Assembly: GCF_009914755.1 (NCBI RefSeq)
Contig: NC_060926.1
Direction: 5' to 3' (one strand)
DNA from: the human T2T-CHM13v2.0 reference genome, Homo sapiens
DNA length: 64,000 nucleotides
Position 1 is the stretch's first letter. Each line of letters starts with the position of its first letter. The notes beneath the pieces are model-generated. The model made no database searches. It saw only the letters and a list, made by a program, of their open reading frames with translations, and was not told the DNA's origin. The position numbers and the translations under genes are program-made. Shown here one piece after another: positions 58,104-64,000 of the stretch.

Positions 58104-59845
58104 CCACACAGCATAGAGATACACACACACCATAGAGACACACACACACCTCACACACTATAGAGACACACACACAGCATAGAGATACACACACACCACA
58201 GAGACACACACACACACACACCATAGAGACACACACTTCACATCACTTAAAGACACACGTGCATTACACACACAGCATAGAGATACACACACAGCACAGA
58301 GACACACACACACCACACACACATACCACACACACCACACACACCACACACACATACCACGCACACCCCAGAGACACACGCACCTCACATACGACAGAGA
58401 CAAACACACCTCATACACCACAGAGGAAAACACACACCACACACCACAGAGACACACACACACCACACACACCTCACACACCAGAGACACACACACCTCA
58501 CACACCATAGAGACAGACACATACCACACACACCTCACACACCATAGAGATCCTCACACACCTCACACAGCATAGAGACACACACACACCACACACACCT
58601 CACACACCATAGAGACACACACACACCACACAAACCTCACACACCATAGATATCCTCACACACCTCACACACCATAGAGACACACACACACACCACACAC
58701 CTTACACACCACAGAGTCACACACACCTCACACACCATAGACACACACACACCGCACACACCTCACACACCATAGAGATCCTCACACACCACAGAGATCC
58801 TCACACACCATAGAGACACACACACACCACACACACCTCACACACCATAGAGACACACACACCATAGAGACACACACACCACACACGCCTCACACACCAT
58901 AGAGACACACACACACCACACACACCACAGACACACACACACCACACACACCTCACACACCACAGAGACACACACACCTCACACACCATAGAGACACACA
59001 CACCTCACACACCATAGAGACACACACACCTCACACACCATAGAGACACACACACACACCACACACACCTCACACACCATAGAGACACACACACACCACA
59101 CACACCTCATACACCACAGAGACACACACACCTCACACACCATAGAGACACACACACCTCACACACCATAGAGACACACACGCACACCACACACACCTCA
59201 CACACCATAGAGATCCTCACACACCATAGAGACACACATATACCACACAGGCCACAGAGACACACACCTCACACATGACAGAGACACACATATACACCTT
59301 AGAGATACACACATATTCCAGAGACCCCTCTGTAACTATACATATCTCTATATGAATCTAGATAAATACAGATATAGATATACACACCACACACACACAC
59401 ACACACACACACACAGGGACATCTACACAGAGACACCATGCCACAAGCACCATAGAGATATGCACACACACACATCATGACACGAATACCCTAGAGCTAG
59501 ACACACACCATGACACACACACCTCTTAGTGACACATACATAGGAATGTCTGCATACACATAGATCTCAGACATCTGCATATCTCTATCTATTTCTCCAT
59601 CTCTACACACACTGCAGAGACACACACAAGTACCCCACAGGGACATCTGCACACACACAAACCACACCACACACATATCACAGAACTACATGCACAGAGA
59701 CACCTGCACATACTACACACACACATACACGCCATGGGAACATCACACACACACGCACGCCACAGGGACATCTACATACATACATACCCTACAGACAGAT
59801 GTACACACACACACCCCATGGAGATATCTACACACACACACTCAT
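58104..59845. repeat. Complex CA-rich tandem repeat (VNTR); homogeneous core ~58430-59250
   Basis: Recurrent unit CCTCACACACCATAGAGACACACACA with variants CCACACACA and GATCCTCACACA; degenerates on both flanks. Confidence 0.95.
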
Positions 59846-60224
59846 CTGTTACAAAGGGAAGAAACATTCCAACCTTTGTGCGCAAAAACATGGCCACACA
59901 GGCAGGCAAACAACCATGAGATGGACACGTCATGTGCACGTACTGCACACACCCAAGTGTGGACGCCCCTCTGAAGCCTCCAAGCTGGCTTATCAGAGGC
60001 ATCCCTGGACTGGGCCAGACCTGGAAAAGAGAAGGGGCAGTGCAGGAGAAAAGGCAGTCGGTGTTTGCACTGGAGCTTCCCAGACCCTGGAGCCCGCAAA
60101 ACTCGAGATCAGAGCAGAGGGAAAATCCCTCCTGTGATGGGCGTTGAGACCAAGAGAGTGGGGAAGGGCCAAGCATGGTGGAAGGGTGGCCTTTACTGCA
60201 GGCCCCATCGTTGACTTGCTCTGT

Positions 60225-60295
60225 GGCCTTGAGCAAGAGTCTCCGTGATCTGGGCCTCAGGTTCCCCATCTGTAAAATGGAGTTAATGCAAAAAG
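60225..60295 (+). mobile_element. MIR core fragment
   Basis: CCTTGAGCAAG..TCTGGGCCTCAGGTTCCCCATCTGTAAAATGG. Confidence 0.7.
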
Positions 60296-62569
60296 CAAAT
60301 GACAGGAAACACGTAGAGGTGCGGGAAAAGATCAAAGCTGAGAGATTATTGCTATCTGTGTGGGTATTTTATTTATTTATTTTTTACTGGTAATAAAAAA
60401 AATCCCTTCTTGAAGATCTGCAATCATCAGAAAAGGAGGTACTAGATCATGTGCTACCAAGGATTATTAAGGGATGCAGGAGGCGTCTTCCCAACGCTAA
60501 GGTCTAGATCAAAATCAACCACATGCTTTTGTTTCTTTTCTTTTCCTTCTCTTTTTTTTTTTGTGGTTATTTTCATGGCCGCTTCGCAGAGGAGCTGGGT
60601 TGCTGGGATGAGCACCAGGGCTCCTGAACACTGAGTCCAAGGCTCTGCCCTTCTCTGTTTTCCACAATGCCACAACTTTTTTAGACAGTGTTTTCAGGAT
60701 AATCTATTTTTATTTTCCAGATTCTTGGGGGTGTCCCTAAGTAGAGTCAGATGAAGATGGGAGAAAGAGGGAATGCAGCTAGAAGGAGGTTTGGTGGTAG
60801 TGCCTGGCCGGCCTGTAGAGGCCAGCAGCCAAGTGACCATGGTGCTGGCAGCCAGCGAGGCACCCGGCCACCCTGCTGAGCCTCCATTCCCCTACTCCCT
60901 GGGGCTGCAGTGTGGCCATGAGCTGACCCTTCCCATACTGTGAAAGGTCTATGCCTAGCCTGTGATCCTGGTATTTTTGAAGTAGCTAGTTTAAACTTAA
61001 ACTAAACTAATTTGTCCAGAAACTCTAGTGGAGCTTTCCAGACCCAAATTCATCACCTTCTATTGTGTGAAGGTTTATCTGAACCCCTTGGTGTCCCAAT
61101 GCCCCTGCTATACCACTATGCCACGGGGATCCCACTGCCATAGAGCAGATACCAATTGATATGATATAGATTAGTGAGTGTGTTTTCTCCACTAGACTCT
61201 GAGCACTTTAATTTCCAACTCTTAGCACAGTACGTGGCTCAGAGTATGTGTATAGTAAAGGTTTGCTGAATCATTGAACTAAGTTGCATTTTCTGGTTCT
61301 GTCTCTGGCTGGAAATTCTGTGGGCAAAGGAAGTGCCACAAGAAAGCTAGAGTTGATGCCACATGTCACAGGAGAGATGTACAAGGAAAGCCTTATGAAG
61401 TTCCATGGAAGCGAGGTCACATCCACTCCAGGGCATAAAAAAGGCTTCTGAGAGAAGCTGGCCTTGGGATGGATTGTACAGAATACACGGGTATCTTGCT
61501 TTCTATCTGCTACCCTGGGAGGCTGGGGCTCCTCTGACTTTGACCTTCAGGCCTAATCATTGCTTTGTGAGACATTATGGAGAGTGGTCTCATACATTTG
61601 CTTGGACTCGCTCTGTTTTCTCTTGGCAAACAGGTCTAGCTCAAGGTGGACTCAACGCTTCTTGTGGACAATTGTATCCCTAATTTGAGTGGTTCACTGC
61701 CTTTTGGAAACCCACACTTCACTCTGCAGGCAGCACTCTTCCATCTCCTATCACACTGTATTAGTGACCACGTGTTTATGTGTCTGTTTCTCCCTCCAGA
61801 TAGACACCTGTGAGCTCCTTGTAGCCATCCATCCAGTCATCTTTATCACTTTTCATGTTTGGCATACAGGAGGCAGTTTGTCTCTAGAAAGTACTTCTTG
61901 AAGGGTTGAAGGACAGAACCAGATGTGGTGAAGCTATCTGGAGGCTGGTGGCTCAGGGATCCCTGGATGGACGGTGACTAGTTTCAGACTCTAATCCCCC
62001 ACTTCCCAGTGGTTTTCTGCACAGAGGATGAGGCTTTGAAGTTGAAGTTGGCTGGGGAAGCAAAATTTAGAAAGCTGCATTTTATACCCAGATGTACCTG
62101 CCATTAGTGACATAGAAGGTTTGCTTTTCATATTTTGGTGAGAGTTGAAAGCAGATATTTGAAAATAGAGCTCTGTCTCACAATAAAATATGATCACTTG
62201 GAAAATGTATTCTGAGTTTTTTGTCATTTAAGTTAAAGAGCATCTTCCTAAACAGAAACATATTCCTAGTGTAAGAATTTTCAGTTATTGCTTTTTATTT
62301 TCTTTCTAACTCATTCTTATGCCTTCCTAGAAATATGGGATTACTCATTAAATGACCCCAGTCAGCATTTTTTGAGCACAGTGTCTACATTTGTCTTGAG
62401 CTCTTAACAAATCAAGTCTAATTCAGGAAAAATAGTAGCATTTCTGCCTCATTTATGACTGTTTCCTTTGTCTGAAAAATGACCACAGGGACTAGATGTT
62501 CACAGGCGCAGGGAGTAGTGGCCAGTCTTTTGCTCAATCTGTTTATAATGGGGTGATGTGGTGGGTGGT

Positions 62570-62805
62570 GCAGCGTAGAAGGAAGAACAAGTTCTCTGGT
62601 GTTCAACAGAGCTTGGTTCAACTCTTGGTTGCATATTGGAGTAGAAGTGTGGTTCTCTGAACGTCTCTGAAGCTATTTCATAACCTTTAAACTGGAATTT
62701 CTCATATATAAATGGTTATGATGCTGGCGAGGTTTAAAGATATGATGTTTATAATGTACCTAGCATTGTATGGCATATAGTAAATATTGCATAGTAGCTT
62801 CTCTT
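62570..62805 (+). mobile_element. MIR
   Basis: GGTGCAGCGTAGAAGGAAGAACA..TTTCTCATATATAAATGG..CCTAGCATTGTATGGCATATAGTAA. Confidence 0.6.
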
Positions 62806-63207
62806 ATCATTATCATCATTTTATTAACAATAATAATAATTATTGAGTGAACAGTAAATATTATAAGTTCATAATATTTGGTTCCTACAACTTACAAAAA
62901 ATCAGTATAAAGAGGCAGGAGCTATTTCACTCATTTCATCTCAATTATAGTCACCATGGAGTTTCATTGATTCTTAAAAGAATTTTAAAATCACATTACA
63001 ACAGTCAATTCTATCATTCTTTAAATAAATATACAGATTAGATCAAGAGTTCAAAGTTTAGACCAGATGTAATTTTTTAGATTCTAATTAAACATGAGGT
63101 CTGTATTTATGTATGGAGATGTGGGTGTTTATATGTGCAGCACATAATATATACATATATTTTTGAATATATATAAGAGAACAATTTATGGCCTCATAAG
63201 CATACTA

Positions 63208-63766
<559 letters not shown>

Positions 63767-64000
63767 TGGGAAATATAAACACTTGTGCCTGACATGCAGC
63801 CCCAAACACGAGCTTGACTGAAGGCTCTAGAGGGCCGGACACCTCAACTGTGTCACACTTAATTGATCCCAAGCAGCCCATGGTTTGTCAGAACAAGATT
63901 AAGGCCTATAATCCTGAGAGGGAGGATGACTTGAGCCCATTGGACAACTCTGTCCAAGAAGCTGTCACCCTGCTTAGCGTGGCTGGGAAGTGGCTTCATT

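Noticed and set aside
57292-60335. Many overlapping ORFs rich in C/V or H/T
   Set aside because: Artefacts of stop-poor CA/TG repeats and GC-richer flanks

Overview
Primate (almost certainly human-type) non-coding genomic DNA, dominated by interspersed repeats. These include many Alus (J, S and Y types, most with readable target-site duplications), a near full-length L1MA-type LINE carrying a nested full-length Hsmar1 mariner, a complete MaLR (MSTA/THE1D-like) provirus, old L1MB/MC/ME, L2, MIR and ERVL LTR fragments, hAT/Tigger MITEs and a ~1.7 kb CA-rich complex tandem repeat. I see no credible protein-coding gene, RNA gene or CpG island; the ORF track is explained by repeats and chance. I found no support for a new multi-gene system. 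The most unusual signals are DNA-repair scars. One is a 74-bp templated insertion (72/74 identical to a donor 1.5 kb downstream) with stuttered junctions. Another is an ancient ~171-bp local duplication (~84% identity) dropped into an L1, whose two copies together reconstruct a hAT-transposase-like motif. There is also a perfect 32-bp tandem duplication and a templated duplication inside an AluY. Repeat subfamily names come from recalled consensus sequences, not from a search, and boundaries of old repeats are approximate.
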